NCBI RefSeq assembly: GCF_001194135.2
Contig: NC_068993.1
Location: forward strand, 60,880,934-60,944,933
Reading direction: 5' to 3'
DNA from: Octopus bimaculoides
Lineage: Eukaryota
DNA length: 64,000 nt
The notes beneath the pieces are model-generated. The model was not told the DNA's origin. It saw only the letters and a list, made by a program, of their open reading frames with translations, and did no database searches. The translations under genes were made by a program, and so were the position numbers. Below, in pieces: positions 48,936 through 63,804 of the stretch. How positions within the stretch are numbered: position 1 is the first letter of the stretch; each line of letters opens with the position of its first letter.

Positions 48936-49693
48936 AAATGGACGAGGAGGAGTAGCAGAGGAATTATGGCAGTGATGATGATGATGATGATGATGGTTGT
49001 GGTGATGTTGGTNNNNNNNNNNNNNNNNNNNNNNNNNNNNNNNNNNNNNNNNNNNNNNNNNNNNNNNNNNNNNNNNNNNNNNNNNNNNNNNNNNNNNNNN
49101 NNNNNNNNNNNNNNNNNNNNNNNNNNNNNNNNNNNNNNNNNNNNNNNNNNNNNNNNNNNNNNNNNNNNNNNNNNNNNNNNNNNNNNNNNNNNNNNNNNNN
49201 NNNNNNNNNNNNNNNNNNNNNNNNNNNNNNNNNNNNNNNNNNNNNNNNNNNNNNNNNNNNNNNNNNNNNNNNNNNNNNNNNNNNNNNNNNNNNNNNNNNN
49301 NNNNNNNNNNNNNNNNNNNNNNNNNNNNNNNNNNNNNNNNNNNNNNNNNNNNNNNNNNNNNNNNNNNNNNNNNNNNNNNNNNNNNNNNNNNNNNNNNNNN
49401 NNNNNNNNNNNNNNNNNNNNNNNNNNNNNNNNNNNNNNNNNNNNNNNNNNNNNNNNNNNNNNNNNNNNNNNNNNNNNNNNNNNNNNNNNNNNNNNNNNNN
49501 NNNNNNNNNNNNNNNNNNNNNNNNNNNNNNNNNNNNNNNNNNNNNNNNNNNNNNNNNNNNNNNNNNNNNNNNNNNNNNNNNNNNNNNNNNAGTTGTGATT
49601 GCGTGTGTATAGGTTTGTGTCTATGAGACTGTAGACGGATGTGGTTGTGTGCATGGATATACGTATGTTGTTTGTCAGTATATGTATCCATTA

Positions 49694-49732
<39 letters not shown>

Positions 49733-50219
49733 CGCACATACACACACATGCACACATACACAGACGCTTACTGGCATGCGCATGGATGTACAAACTACGC
49801 ATGCTATTGTATTTGTGAATGAATGAGCGTATGTATGTATGTATGTATGTACGTATGTGTGTGTGTGTGCCGCTTTACTTTTGCATGTGTGTGTAAAATG
49901 TGTGAAGGAGAATTTATTTAATTGATGTATGGAAGAGCAAAGGCGCTATGAACACGCTGAAACCATTAACACAAACCGGCAAAGTCAGTAAGGTTCCGAT
50001 AAAAAGATCTATCGCCGAGGTTAGATTATAATGCGCCATTCTTTAATGAATTTTACATCATTTCTAGCGGTTTGCTGGTTGTGGAAAAGGTTAAGTTATC
50101 TCGAAAACTTCCAAGGCCTAGCGATGAACTGGAACCGGATTAGTTTTACTGGGGCTCCTTACCGAGATGTATTTATGAGGGCAACACCGCGATATACGTG
50201 AGTCTGTTCACCTGTGTAT

Positions 50220-50315
50220 GTGCATGTCACATGTGTGTGTGTGTGTGCATGTGTGCGTTGGGTGTATTTATGTGTCACAATGTGTATATGTATCTGTAAC
50301 TATATCCGTGTACAG

Positions 50316-50356
<41 letters not shown>

Positions 50357-50493
50357 AAACATACGCACACACACATCTGTACACGGATATAGTTACAGAT
50401 ACATATATATATGTATATACACATATATATTTTTATGTGTGTGTGTGTGCGTATGTGCGTGTGTGTGTGTGTGTGTGTGTGTATATGTATATA

Positions 50494-50534
<41 letters not shown>

Positions 50535-50667
50535 ATGCATATATATATTTATGTATGTATATATATATACATATGTATGTATATATATACATATGTATGT
50601 ATATATATATATGTGTATGTATATATGTATGTATGTATGTATGTATAGATGTATGTGTGTATATATG

Positions 50668-50738
<71 letters not shown>

Positions 50739-50769
50739 ATATGTATATATATATGTGTGTATATACATA

Positions 50770-50804
<35 letters not shown>

Positions 50805-50830
50805 GTATATGTGTGTGTATATGTATGTAC
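50220..50830. repeat. Compound (TG)/(AT)/(TATG) tract
   Basis: Direct reading. Confidence 0.9.
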
Positions 50831-51010
50831 CTGTGTGAGCAAGGAGCAGATATGTATGTACCCCTCTTCGGCACTTGAGTGCGAATCTAAACTCCGCAGA
50901 TTTTCTGTTGCCAAAGCCGTGCATCAATAAATCTCTTTAGAGTTCAGGCATAGAACAAAACGATTTTGCCTGACACTGATTTACATATGTGTGCGTATAT
51001 GTGTGTGCAG

Positions 51011-51049
<39 letters not shown>

Positions 51050-51259
51050 AATATGGTTGAACAACATAATATGGTATGCGTGTATACTTTGTCTATAGGT
51101 GCGTGCTGATATACATATACACATGCGTACATTATATATAGCCACGTATATTTGTGTGTATAAAATATATATGAATATTTATAAATGGGTACACAAATCC
51201 CTCCACCATATATATATATATATATTTAAAATTGTAGGGTGGTATTATATTCTTTTCTA

Positions 51260-51430
51260 GAAAAGGCCCGAAATTTTGTGGGAGGGGGCCATTACGTAAC
51301 TGGTACTTAATTTATCGACCCCGAAAGGATGAAAGGCAAAGTCGACTTCGGCGGAATTTGAACTCAGAATGTAACGGCAGACGAAATACCGCTAAGCATT
51401 TCGCCAGGCGCGCTAACGCTTCTGCCAGCT
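51260..51430 (-). mobile_element. SINE family A with internal deletion
   Basis: aggcccgaaattttgtgggagggggcc|attacgtaactggtacttaatttatcgaccccgaaaggatg...gccagct. Confidence 0.9.
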
Positions 51431-52539
51431 TTAATGACTGTAACAAATAAAAAATAAAAGACAAAGATTCTGTCAACCTATTACACATGTCTACAATGTT
51501 GACAGGATGGTTGGGCCGGGTACGTGTCCTGGGTGGAACGATATTCATTTCTGTATGGTAACCGTATGTGGGTGCAAAGATAAACTCTTCCAATTTAAAA
51601 TCATATTAAAAAAATCTTTTTACACTTCCAGTTATGCTTAGCTTTGTTGAAAAGGAGAACGTCAGTTGTGTGTACCCTACATTTGGACCTTCTGGCTGCA
51701 GAGCTTCCCTAAATTGGAAAGACTTTGTAATCCCATATTAGTCCTGCTGAGGCAGACATGACTGAAAGTGTACCATTTCCTATGTTTTGGGGTTTGTGTG
51801 TATCGAAATCTACATGGTATAATGTGTCGTTCTTTTAAGTGCGTAGGCTGTAGATTCGAGGAATTTTGCTGCTATTTCTAGTAGGTCAAGCGACCGTTTA
51901 AAGGCCCCCTCGGTCACTCACATTTAGTTGAGTTGTGGGAATTTGCAATGTGCAAATAGGTTATATTCACAAATTGAACATCACCTACTTTATATGCTAT
52001 AAGTGATTTGTAAGTAAAAATAATTAGCAATTAGACTTACCAAGTAAGGAGAAGAATCTACAGAATAGCATTTCTTCGTTTGGTTTTCTGCCATGTCTGA
52101 TGTTTCCGACCAAGAATTAATAATCTAATTAAAGTTCGTCCCAACATGAAGCTACGTATTTCATTCGTTCCTCGTACATGCTGGTGGAAAGAAGGAATTC
52201 CCAAGCACGCATTCTTCGAATTATAATGATTCGGGTTAGGAGTGCGCTTACCAATTGACTTGCTGTAAAGAAATGTTAATAACAGACATTCTAAAGTGCT
52301 CAACTTTCTCGGTAAAGGGGTTTGGGAATGTTCTAAACATTTTCTATATAAAACGAAAATCACTTTGTTGGAAATATGTTTCACGTTGCAGCAATCTATT
52401 CTCTATAGACTTATGCAAATAAGTTTGCCATTGTACTGGAGGAGCAACACAATAAATACTGTCAGATATTGGTTTCAAATTTTGCCACAAGGCCAGCAAT
52501 TTCGGAGAAGTGGGGACTAATCGATTACACCGACTACAG

Positions 52540-52703
52540 AGCGGCTGTGTGATAAGTAGCTTGCTTACCAATCACAAGGTCCCGGGTTCAGTCCCATTGC
52601 GTGGCACCTTGGACAAGTGTCTTCTACTATAGCCTCGGGCCGACCAAAGCCTTGTGAGTGGATTTGGTAGATGGAAACTGAAAGAAGCCAGTCGTATATA
52701 TGC

Positions 52704-52735
<32 letters not shown>

Positions 52736-52958
52736 GTTTGTGTGTCTGTGTCCCCCCCCCCAACATCGCTTGGCAACCGATGCTGGTGTGTTTACGTCCC
52801 CGTAACTTAGCGGTTCGGCAAAAAGACATCGATCGAATAAGTAATAGGCATACAAAGAAAAAGCTCTGGGGTCGGTCGATTTGCTCCACTAAAGGCGGTG
52901 CTCCAGCATGGCCGCAGTCAAATGACTGAAACAAGTAAAAGAGTAAAAGAGTAAAAGA

Positions 52959-52962
<4 letters not shown>
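52540..52962 (+). mobile_element. SINE family B, near full length
   Basis: Head ctgtgtgataagtagcttgcttacc, core ggcaccttggacaagtgtcttctactatagcctcgggc, tail ggcggtgctccagcatggccgcagtcaaatgactgaaacaag(taaaagag)n. Confidence 0.92.
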
Positions 52963-53020
<58 letters not shown>

Positions 53021-53443
53021 CTCATCCCATAATTATTCGTACTTAGCCATTTCTCTTTAGGATTGAAATACCCTTCCACCAACTTAACTATTATCCTTCA
53101 TCCTAATCTATTCACTCAATGGTTTTCACTACACAGTATTAAACTATATTATACTATAAGACTTTTCCATCTCGTTCTGTATTGTTGTAGTTTTCTTTCT
53201 TATAGTTTTCTTATATTTTCAATCATTATTTAAATTCTTGAGATTCTGTTCCGCCATAGTCACTTCAATTTTGTAAATTTTCGGCTGACAAACTCTCAAT
53301 ATTGACATCAACTGCTGTATTGATGCTAGTGTTTGCTTGTGCAGTCATTGAATTACGCTCTGTTTTGTTTGCTTGTCGACTATCTTTACCTCTATCTCTA
53401 TTTCTTTCTTTCTCTATTCTCTCACCATTTTTATTCCCTTTTA

Positions 53444-53511
<68 letters not shown>

Positions 53512-54899
53512 AATCCTTTTCTCTGAGTAACTTTTACTGGTTTTTGGGAAACGTCCAACGGAATGCACGGCTGAAAAGCATTGCTTCCTCTTTTATTCAA
53601 TGGTCTTTCTTTTTTTTTTCTTTCTAGCATTTTATTTATCTATTTTATTTTTGCCTGCTATCATTTCGTTACTTTTGCTAGATCTACAAATTCTCTGTAA
53701 CCAAAACCAAATTCTCTGTAGCCAAAAACTTCCCCCCGTCGCGGATATTTGATAGATTAGATGCGTAGTTCCGCGTCCATGAAACTCTGAGTAATGACTG
53801 TGAGTGACAAACTGCCTACGTTCAAATATATAAGCAGAACGGTGGGGTTAAGAGGTTCGATTTCCAAGCTCGTCTTTCCAGCTTCGTATCATTCGGCGTG
53901 GCACAAGGACGAGCGTTTTCTATCTCCAAGTTGACCCATAGCTTGTGAGAGAAAGTTGATAGACAAAACCTGTGTGGACGCCTGTTGTATGTGTGAGCAC
54001 GTATGTCTGTGTGCGTATGTGTGCGCACGCGCGTGTGTACGTGCGCATGCGTGTGTTTACACTAACTCAGGTCCAAGAAGGAATTGTTGTATATAAATTG
54101 TGCGTTAAGTATTTCTAAAAACAAGGCTGATATGAATACGGGGATGAGCAAGATCGACTAAAGACCCTTAAAGATGCGACCGAGCGTGATTGTTGTTACT
54201 GAAACTACCGAAAGAAAATATATTCTTTTATTGGTCGAATCTTTCACGTATTCCAACCTTGTCGCTGATATTATTTCGTTTCTTAAATGTGAACACTTTG
54301 ACCTTTCCCTTCGCCAGACAAATTGGTTTTAGATTCATCAATAAACTGATTAAACTGAATGAAAGTCGGTGGAGGTGGAAAGAAAACAAGTGCCGCAGAA
54401 AACTACTAAATACGTACTTCTACGTCTCCAGCTTTTCTATGTCGATTACATTTTTTTATTTGTATTTGCGCCATAATGTTAATTTCGGTCTGAAAAGTGC
54501 GGTGGATGATATTGGTTTGCAGAAATGTTCCCATATACAAACGTTTAACTCCAGGTTTGTCGAACCGGCGCACTTTTGAAGTCCAATGTTCCTTTAAAAA
54601 CTATCCTGTTTGCGCGGATAAACTTACATCGGGTTGCCATGCCGCGGAAAACGAGTATCATGCATTCATAAGAAATTGTTGATACTACTTTTCAAAAACC
54701 ACAGAAAAATGTTAGAAGTTCTTTGATCTGACATATTCTTATAATTGAGACAAAGACAGAGGCAGAGAGAAAGAGAGAGGGGGAAGAGGAGGAGGGGAGG
54801 TATTAACTATGAACGTTTTAAGGTGAATAGCATCTAAGTATGTTTTTATTCAATGGAAACTAAGCTGAAAGAAAAGAGACAACTGAAGCAGGAGCAGTG

Positions 54900-55470
54900 A
54901 TTGTATTAGGATTCCCAGAGCCTCGATTGTTCGGGATGAGGATGTAGAGAAGAACTTTCTATTTTGCATCCTAAGTAACAAATGGATGTTTAGGGAAGAT
55001 ATTTATCATCGTTGAATTCAGTCTCAGTCTCCACCACAGTAACATCGTCGAGGTAGGCATGAACTCGTTTGATGTCATTGTTGCTAAATATTACTTCCCA
55101 TAAATCATTGCAAAGCATTGGCACCATTAATCACACCAAGGAACAACTTGTAACTGGAATGACCGTCCATCAACTTCATTACGGAGAATAATCTGATGTC
55201 ATGCCGGTGGTCACATCCAGTTGCTGTAGAATTTATTACAGGAAGTACAGCGCTTTATATCTTCAATATGAAGAATTGGATGAGCATCCATAAGCGGCGG
55301 CAGTAATTTATAGTCGTGAGTCGTCGATAACAAGGCGTTGCTTGCTACTGTTGCTTGTGTTCGTCATAGAGACACGGGCGGCTCAATAAAACTGTCATCA
55401 AGAGGCCGTTTATTCTCTTTCTTAATAAACATTTTATCAAGTGGAGAAAAGACGCGAGATTTTAGTAGTA
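54900..55470 (-). mobile_element. Ty3/Gypsy reverse transcriptase remnant
   Basis: Frameshifted TKISRLFSTLDKMFIKKE..IEP; KQRLVID; DAHPI..IED; HQI.L; GVINGANALQ.FM; HAYLDDVTV; YLGCKI..LHPHPE, in canonical Gypsy RT motif order with YLDD catalytic motif. Confidence 0.8.
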
Positions 55471-55849
55471 TTTAGTTTCAGTTCAGTTTATTGGTGGGAC
55501 ATAATACTAAGACGGAATCACCAGTATAGGAGCAATACAAGCAATGTTAAGAGGCTTTTAATGTAGCTCTGAGTACAAATATGAAGGAGAGTTGCATTGT
55601 TTCAGAGAGTCACGTCGCAAATTTATTGAGGAATGAAAGTGAAACCAAATATTTAAGCACCTTTTCCAACAAATAAATAAATAAACACGGAAAGGACGGT
55701 GGCTGAATTGCGTGCAGGAATCTCGTGCTGATTTGGTGCAAACTGCAGCGCAGAAATCTCAACAGACTAATTAATGATTACATATTGAACATTTAGATTG
55801 CGCTTCGAACCTTTAGACCTGTTCCGTCTAATTAATATGGTGTTTATTA

Positions 55850-56072
55850 CTAAGGCGCGATCTGAAAGAATCGTTAGCACGCCGGACAAAGTGCTAAGCG
55901 GCATTTTGTCCGTTTTAACGTTTTGAGTTCAAATTCCGCCAAGGTCGACTCTGCCGTTCATCCCTCCAGGGTCGATAAAGTAAGTACCGGTTGAGTATTA
56001 GGGTCGATGTAATCGACTTACCTTCCCCCCCTTGGAATTTATGGCCTTGTGCCAAAATTTGAAATCAATATG
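55850..56072 (+). mobile_element. SINE family A, full length
   Basis: taaggcgcgatctgaaagaatcgttagcacgccgg...ggtcgatgtaatcgac...ggccttgtgccaaaatttgaaatc. Confidence 0.9.
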
Positions 56073-56240
56073 GTATTTATTATTGAAATAATATACAACG
56101 TGACTCAAGGTATAATACAAATGATAGTTCAAATAATGTAAAAACAACAGTTCCTAATCTTGTGTCTTGGGAGGGTTATTATACCAATAATAATAATAAT
56201 AATGATGATGATGATGATGATGATTATGATGACGATGATA

Positions 56241-56371
56241 AACACACGCACTGGTTCTTCAGTGTCTGTCTTGAGTTCGTCACATTAAACAAATGATAGA
56301 TTAGTTAGTTGATTAGCTATATAACCAATGGACTAACAATAAAAAAGTGAAATTGAACCAGTGCGTGTGTT
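56241..56371. mobile_element. Small putative MITE with perfect 17-bp terminal inverted repeats
   Basis: aacacacgcactggttc (56241-56257) and gaaccagtgcgtgtgtt (56355-56371); no clean TSD. Confidence 0.45.
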
Positions 56372-57169
56372 ATAATTACTGGCGTAATGACCGTCCCAAG
56401 ATACAAGGTTTGCTTCAACACACAGATTCACATCAAGAATTTTGCAAACCAAATTCAAAACCGGAGCATTTTCCATGTTCGGTTCGATTTAAATAAGTCA
56501 TCAAACCGTAGACTTTTTTAAACTGGCCAAATTTATGGGAGAAAAACTGCTCACCTGGATACTAAGAGGTCATTTGGAATGTCACATGATTAAAGTTGGT
56601 CATTTTTTTCTGGTAATAATAAGGAAGAACCTGCTTTGGAGAAATGGTAGGGTTCTTGTAGCTGAGTACGCTTCTCATAATGAAACTGAGCTGGCAACAT
56701 GTGTTAATGCGAAGAATGCGTAACAGAAAGATGCTCGACTTGTAAATTATAAGCTGCGAAATTGCTAATAGAATAAGCAACATAACTGCAATAATTACCG
56801 AAATGGTAATGAGTCTGCAAGGCTTTTCGATATGGCTGTCATTAAAAGTGGCTATTGCTAATCAATGGGAAGAATGCTTGATAGGAAATTCAATATTCTA
56901 CTGGTGTTGCGAGAAGAGCGAAAGTTTGGACTGAAGGGAACAATAAGTGTAGGGGAAAAAAACAGAATTGCCTCGATAGGATTCCTAGGAGAAACACCAA
57001 AAATAGAATTGATTCTTTTATTAAGTCTATCAAATCAGAATATTTTTGGATTAGGCCGTCCCAGAACGGATTAATTTAATTCCTTATGTACAGCAACGCA
57101 TCTGCTGTTCCCGGTTCTAATCTTGGAACAAGTAGTTCAACCAAAGAAACTGATTTCTAATCATAACAC

Positions 57170-57350
57170 AATGCCAGAAATTTCGGGAAAGAGGCTAAGA
57201 CTATTAAATGGACTTCCAGTGCTCAACTGGTTCTTAATTTATTGACCTCGAAAGGATGACAGGTTAAGTCGACCTCGGCGGAATTTGAACCCAGAACGTG
57301 AAGACGGACGAAATGCCGCAAAGCATTTTGCCCGTCGAAGGAATCGTTCT
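57170..57350 (-). mobile_element. SINE family A
   Basis: ccagtgctcaactggttcttaatttattgacctcgaaaggatg...ggaatttgaacccagaacg. Confidence 0.85.
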
Positions 57351-57744
57351 GTCAATTTTTACAGAGTCGCCTTTATTATGTAGCCCTAAACATTAATATG
57401 ATCGTTATCCTTATACAAGATTTAAAGGTTGTTTCCTTCTTGTTCCTGTTACTGTAGGAAGCATTAGAGATGCTGACACCAAAATTCTCTTTAACCGACT
57501 CCCGTGAAAAATATTCTACTTTATTGGAAATATAACAAGTTTTGGTCTTCGCTGAACAAATAGAGGTCTCGTAGTGGGGACGTCCACGAAAAGCATCTCC
57601 GCGTATAGAATAATGGTAACGATATGTTCATTAATAAGGAAGTTAGAATCGACGTTCTTGTTCCAGATAGGAATTTCCGTGTGACTTCAAGCTTTAAATC
57701 CAGCGAAGAGGTTTTGTAGAATATGATAAGATGTAGGCATAAGG

Positions 57745-57935
57745 CATTAACCTTTGTGGGGCGGGGCTAATCGATTATGTCGGCCCGAGTGCTCGACCAG
57801 TACTTATATTATCGACCCCAAACGGATGATAGACAAAATCTGCTTTGCGGAAGTTTGAACTGAGAACGCAAACGCGGAAGAAATGCTACAAAGCATTTTC
57901 TCCGATGTGTTAACGATTGTGCCAGGGCCCCACCT
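57745..57935 (-). mobile_element. SINE family A, diverged
   Basis: ggggctaatcgattatgtcggcccgagtgctcgaccagtac...aagtttgaactgagaacg. Confidence 0.75.
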
Positions 57936-58869
57936 TATGAGATCCCAAAACTGATAAACCTTTAAGTCTTCTTGATATGCATCATGTGTTACGGCTAGAA
58001 ACTTAGAACGTCTGGTGAAACCGTGGTGAATTGCGATTGAAAATTCATTGTCTGCGCCTGGTTGCTGTCGAGGGGACCTGAATTGGAATTTTGAAACTTT
58101 AATTCTGTTGTTGGATGAGAATGCGTTTGGGAGTAATTGTTTTTGTATTGTGGTCGATGGAAAGAAAATTCAACCGAGAGTAACTGTGGCATTATGGTAG
58201 CCAAATGAAATCTTTAAATGGTTGAATTTTGAAGCTGAGATAAAGATGAAGTTAACAATCTGCTGAAGAACCGTCAAATAGATATGACCGAAGACGTAAT
58301 CTATTGATGTTATTTTACTGTGGAAAGACATATCTAGAAAAATACATCCCAAAGTATTTTTTGACTGAACTTGTGGAAACAAAACTTTATTTTCTTATTC
58401 CTTTTAATTTTTCCAGTCTCTGTAAAACTTGCGAAGTAAATTAGCGAAACCTAGGGTCTCTGTAAAAGTGCTGCTCTGCAGAGACGTGTGACATTAAAAG
58501 GAACATCATCCTGATCAGCAGAGGAAAATAGACACGTGGAGTTGTAGATACCCTACCTACCTACATTAAATGCTGTATGCGCGTTTCTGCGTTCCTTACT
58601 TCTAATGTTCCTGATTTCTTGCCTTCCGCCCGTATACTTAGTGTACGACGATGGAATAAACCAGGCTCAGAATTAGGAATCAGAAATCGCTCGCAGATAA
58701 TCAATAAAAGTTAAATCAGAAACAAAAGCTTCAAGCTGTTATTCGGATGCAATGTCAAACTCTATTATTTTTATATATTTTGTTACTTTGCAGCTTAACC
58801 ACACAGCTTCACAGAACAACCAGAAACGACGTGTAGCATCAATTACTATACAACATTAGAAAAATAGGT

Positions 58870-58884
58870 ATGTATACACGCGTG

Positions 58885-58946
<62 letters not shown>

Positions 58947-59280
58947 CACATGTACACACATATATTTAAACATACATGAATATACTCACGTATGTGTGTA
59001 TATATGTTTATATATATATGTGTGCATGTATATTAATATTAATATTCTTCCAAACTCGTATGTATATATATATATATATATATATACACGCACAAAAATA
59101 TAATAATGTTCATATATGCATATATACACGAATATATATATGTGTATATGTATGTGTGCATGTAAGCATTTATCTACATAGACATGTGTATGCATGCAAT
59201 CATGTATGTTCATATGCATGTGCATGTATGCATGTATGCATGTATGCATGTATTTACGTATGTATGCATATGTGTATGGA
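58870..59280. repeat. Compound (AT)/(ATGC)/(TATG) tract
   Basis: Direct reading. Confidence 0.85.
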
Positions 59281-59802
59281 ACACGATATAGGAAAGAAAA
59301 AGAAGAAATATCTGTAACTATTCGAGGTTTTCACTTCAATTTCTTTATTATTGTTTTTTTTTTTTGTTCCTATTTTTTTTTTTCCCCTTCTGATTTTCGG
59401 TTTTGTCAAACATATCTGGATATCTAATCGGATGTGTTATTGTGCGAGTTAACATACAGGACATATTAAGATATGCTAAGACGATAAAAGAGGCTACTTG
59501 ATGTCGTTTAGAAAGGCTATTTAGATGTGTTTACCGTTTGAAGATACATTGACGAGTGTTCTGTGAGCAGGTCATATATGGAAGCTGAAAGACTTCGATA
59601 GAAAGCATAAGGACAACAAAGATGTCTTACACATGTGTATAACTCTTTGTATATATATGTATATATATGTGTGTGTGTATACAATATATATTATATGTGT
59701 CTGTGTGCCTCAAATATCTGTTCGTATGTGTAAAGATAGCGTGCGCTATATACGCCTGTGTTATAAATAGGATTCTGCGCGTGCTTGTGTGTGTGTGTGT
59801 GT

Positions 59803-59875
<73 letters not shown>

Positions 59876-60052
59876 TTTGTGTGTGTGTGTGCAGCAATGT
59901 TTTAATGGAAAGATATTTATCTCAGCTAAATTATTATAATAACACTTTAAACGCGCATTTAAATCTTTATTCGAAAACGTAAAGCAACGCCGACTGATGC
60001 ATATAAATACAGGAAGACACACATGCAAACACATACACATGCATGCGCGAGC

Positions 60053-60090
<38 letters not shown>

Positions 60091-60529
60091 GCAGACAAAC
60101 ATGCACAAAATACTATTTTATGTATTCATGAATTTATGCTGGTATAAATATTTATGTGCATATGTGTATATATATGTGTGTGTCTGTATGTGTGTATGAT
60201 ATGATATGCATAATNNNNNNNNNNNNNNNNNNNNNNNNNNNNNNNNNNNNNNNNNNNNNNNNNNNNNNNNNNNNNNNNNNNNNNNNNNNNNNNNNNNNNN
60301 NNNNNNNNNNNNNNNNNNNNNNNNNNNNNNNNNNNNNNNNNNNNNNNNNNNNNNNNNNNNNNNNNNNNNNNNNNNNNNNNNNNNNNNNNNNNNNNNNNNN
60401 NNNNNNNNNNNNNNNNNNNNNNNNNNNNNNNNNNNNNNNNNNNNNNNNNNNNNNNNNNNNNNNNNNNNNNNNNNNNNNNNNNNNNNNNNNNNNNNNNNNN
60501 NNNNNNNNNNNNNNNNNNNNNNNNNNNNN

Positions 60530-60581
<52 letters not shown>

Positions 60582-62788
60582 GTATGTATATTTATATTAT
60601 ATACATACACACACACACACATGTATATATATATACACATACAATTACGTGTAAATATATATACATACAAACACATTTATAATAATATATGTGTGTGAGT
60701 GCATACGCACATGGTTTTAATTGTAGATATATTTTTAGATCCTACATGTGCGAGCGCATGTGTTTGTGAGTAAAGTGTAGATATATAATGAGAAAATGGT
60801 ACATGCACTTGTATATATTATACATTCACATTCCCCCCCCACACACACACACACATACACGTACACACACACACATACAGAGGCACACACACACACACAT
60901 ACACTTGTGCAAACACACACGTACACATACATTCTCGCATAACTTCATGGTTTACAAATTTGTGTATGTATTTATTTACTTGTGTAAGTTTGTATGGATG
61001 AGTACACCTATGAATGTATGCATATATTTGTGGCAGTAGCGTTATGTAAATACACACGCACACACACACACACACAAACACATATGCGCTCTTTCTAACA
61101 CCCACACAGACACACACTCAGCATACACGATACCCGTATATATATATATATATATATATATACGTACAAGTTAAAAATCATAACTGCATATATATATATA
61201 TANNNNNNNNNNNNNNNNNNNNNNNNNNNNNNNNNNNNNNNNNNNNNNNNNNNNNNNNNNNNNNNNNNNNNNNNNNNNNNNNNNNNNNNNNNNNNNNNNN
61301 NNNNNNNNNNNNNNNNNNNNNNNNNNNNNNNNNNNNNNNNNNNNNNNNNNNNNNNNNNNNNNNNNNNNNNNNNNNNNNNNNNNNNNNNNNNNNNNNNNNN
61401 NNNNNNNNNNNNNNNNNNNNNNNNNNNNNNNNNNNNNNNNNNNNNNNNNNNNNNNNNNNNNNNNNNNNNNNNNNNNNNNNNNNNNNNNNNNNNNNNNNNN
61501 NNNNNNNNNNNNNNNNNNNNNNNNNNNNNNNNNGTGTGCGTGTGAGTGTGTGGGGTTTTTTTTTACATATACATGCTAATACATTTGGGATTCATATGTA
61601 TACACATTTCCTCAGTTCCTTGTGTGTAGCATCTGCGCGCGCGAGATGGCAGTCCAGCTTCCATTGTCGATGTCAAAGTGTAAGAACGTATATATGCTCA
61701 CACGATTGTGCGCTCGCGTGTGTATGCGTGTGTGTGTGTAGCAATGGTTTTTCCCTTATGTATATGTTTATTGTATACTTACCTGTGAGCAGTTTCTAAC
61801 CGGTAGTTTGATTCCAGCCGCGTGCGTGCCTATGCGTGCACCACGGCGTACATGTACAATGCTGTCGACAAGCTTCTGCCACGGTCACTGACCTTGCCAG
61901 TCGAGAAGCAGAAAACCATCTTCAACAATAAAGTGACCATTCACCTTTGATTTGCTTCCTGTTTTAGTCCATCTTTCCCTTCACCTCAGAACAACACTCT
62001 CTCTTAAATTCATTTCCTTTCTAAATAGCCAACCACTTGTTTTCTTTCACACAGTTTCCTCTCAATGTTTTTTTTTTCGTTTTTTGTTCTTTTTTTCGGC
62101 ATCACCTAATACTCTGTCATTTCTTGTGATTCTCTGCTGCCACCATTTTCTCATTCCCTGTAACATCCATTGTATGTGTGCATTCATGCGTTTAGTACGA
62201 AGGAAAGCCTTTCTCCTTTCTCGAAGAATCTCTTGGACGGAATCTCTTGTTCCAACGTCATATTTAACAATTTTCCAACAAATCTATTCACTACTTATCC
62301 ATGTACTCTGCCGTTGGCTTTTCTGGATTCTATTTCTTAAGGATGTGTCTGGATGATAACTGCCATTCCATCGATTATGACGACGAGGGTTCCAGTTGAT
62401 ACGATTAACGGAACAGCCTGCTCGCGAAAACAACAATATGCTTGTGTGTATGTGTGTGGAGGAGTGTTTGCATAGATATATGTATAAACATGTATCATTA
62501 GCGACCAGAGGGGTTTTTTTTTCAGTCCTTAAACATCTTGTTGCCCTCCACACTTCTTATCAGAATAGTCGCGCCATATGGTATGCAATTATGGGCTTCG
62601 ACATGGGACGTTCAGCCTTTCTGACACTACAGTGGTTTTTATCCCGTCTTTCAAGCTTATTCCGACTTTTCCGCGAAATATCTACCTTTCAATACATTTA
62701 TTTTCTTCTCTATTGTCCTGTACAAGTTCCTGCCCGTAGAGAGCAATTGGGATAATATATTACTTTACTAGCCTCAATTTTAGACGTA

Positions 62789-62822
<34 letters not shown>

Positions 62823-63804
62823 ATAAACAATAGTGAAAAAACTATAGAAGGCTTGTGTTACATGGTTAAAGGATATATTTAAATTATGTCAGACAAATGT
62901 TATAAAAATTTTTGGTATATAAACATTGTATTTGGGGAAATAACCGGTTTCGTGTTGTCTTTTCAAATTTCTCTACTTCATCCTAACATTTAATGTACTT
63001 AGAAGATAGAGCTATTAATAGTTTCGTGCCATAAAGACATGGGTCTTGACAGGTTTTCATAACATGCCTGCTTCTTCCAAGCAATAGTTAGGCTCTGAGC
63101 ACATGGTTATCTCGTATCTTTATACCGAGAACATTAAATGGTATTTACCTCTCATTGGATGGAATATTTTCTTGTTGGTCTTACCTTAGCAGAACAGCAA
63201 AACCACACACACGCACGCACCCACACACAACACACACACACCCACCCACCCACACACACACACACATTATAAAAACCTGCCTAGACATGTGTCTTAATTA
63301 ACTAGAAATTATTAAAAGCTGATAGCCTTATACACACCACACACAGAGATATATATAAAGGATATCAGCTATTAACAGATATATATATATATATCTTTTC
63401 ATACATATATATATACATATACATATAATTATATTTATATATATATGTGTGTGTGTGTATACATGCATTCCCGTTGGATCTGCCTTTCCTGAACCTTGAT
63501 TGAACATCAGCAAAATTTGTCCGTGACTCTTACACTTTTTTCCACTCTTTTCCACTTTTTTCGACTTGTTTCACCTTCATCTGTTCTCCTTCTACCTTTC
63601 TCGTCCTTCCCTTGTCTCGCCACTTATAACACCCACACCGACCTTCACATCCTCTCACCATGCCTGACCTTCACTCCTTCCTCCAACATCTTCAGTCCCT
63701 TCTTCGCCGTTTTCTTTCTTTTTTTCCCCCCTTTTCATAATGTAACCTCGTGGGCATCGGTACCATTTTCCTCTTTCTCCGTTCTTTCATTCTCCGAACT
63801 TTCC

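Noticed and set aside
62935-62995. Minus-strand GAAACCGGUU palindrome with upstream ggaugaag
   Set aside because: Core and stem II too degenerate to call
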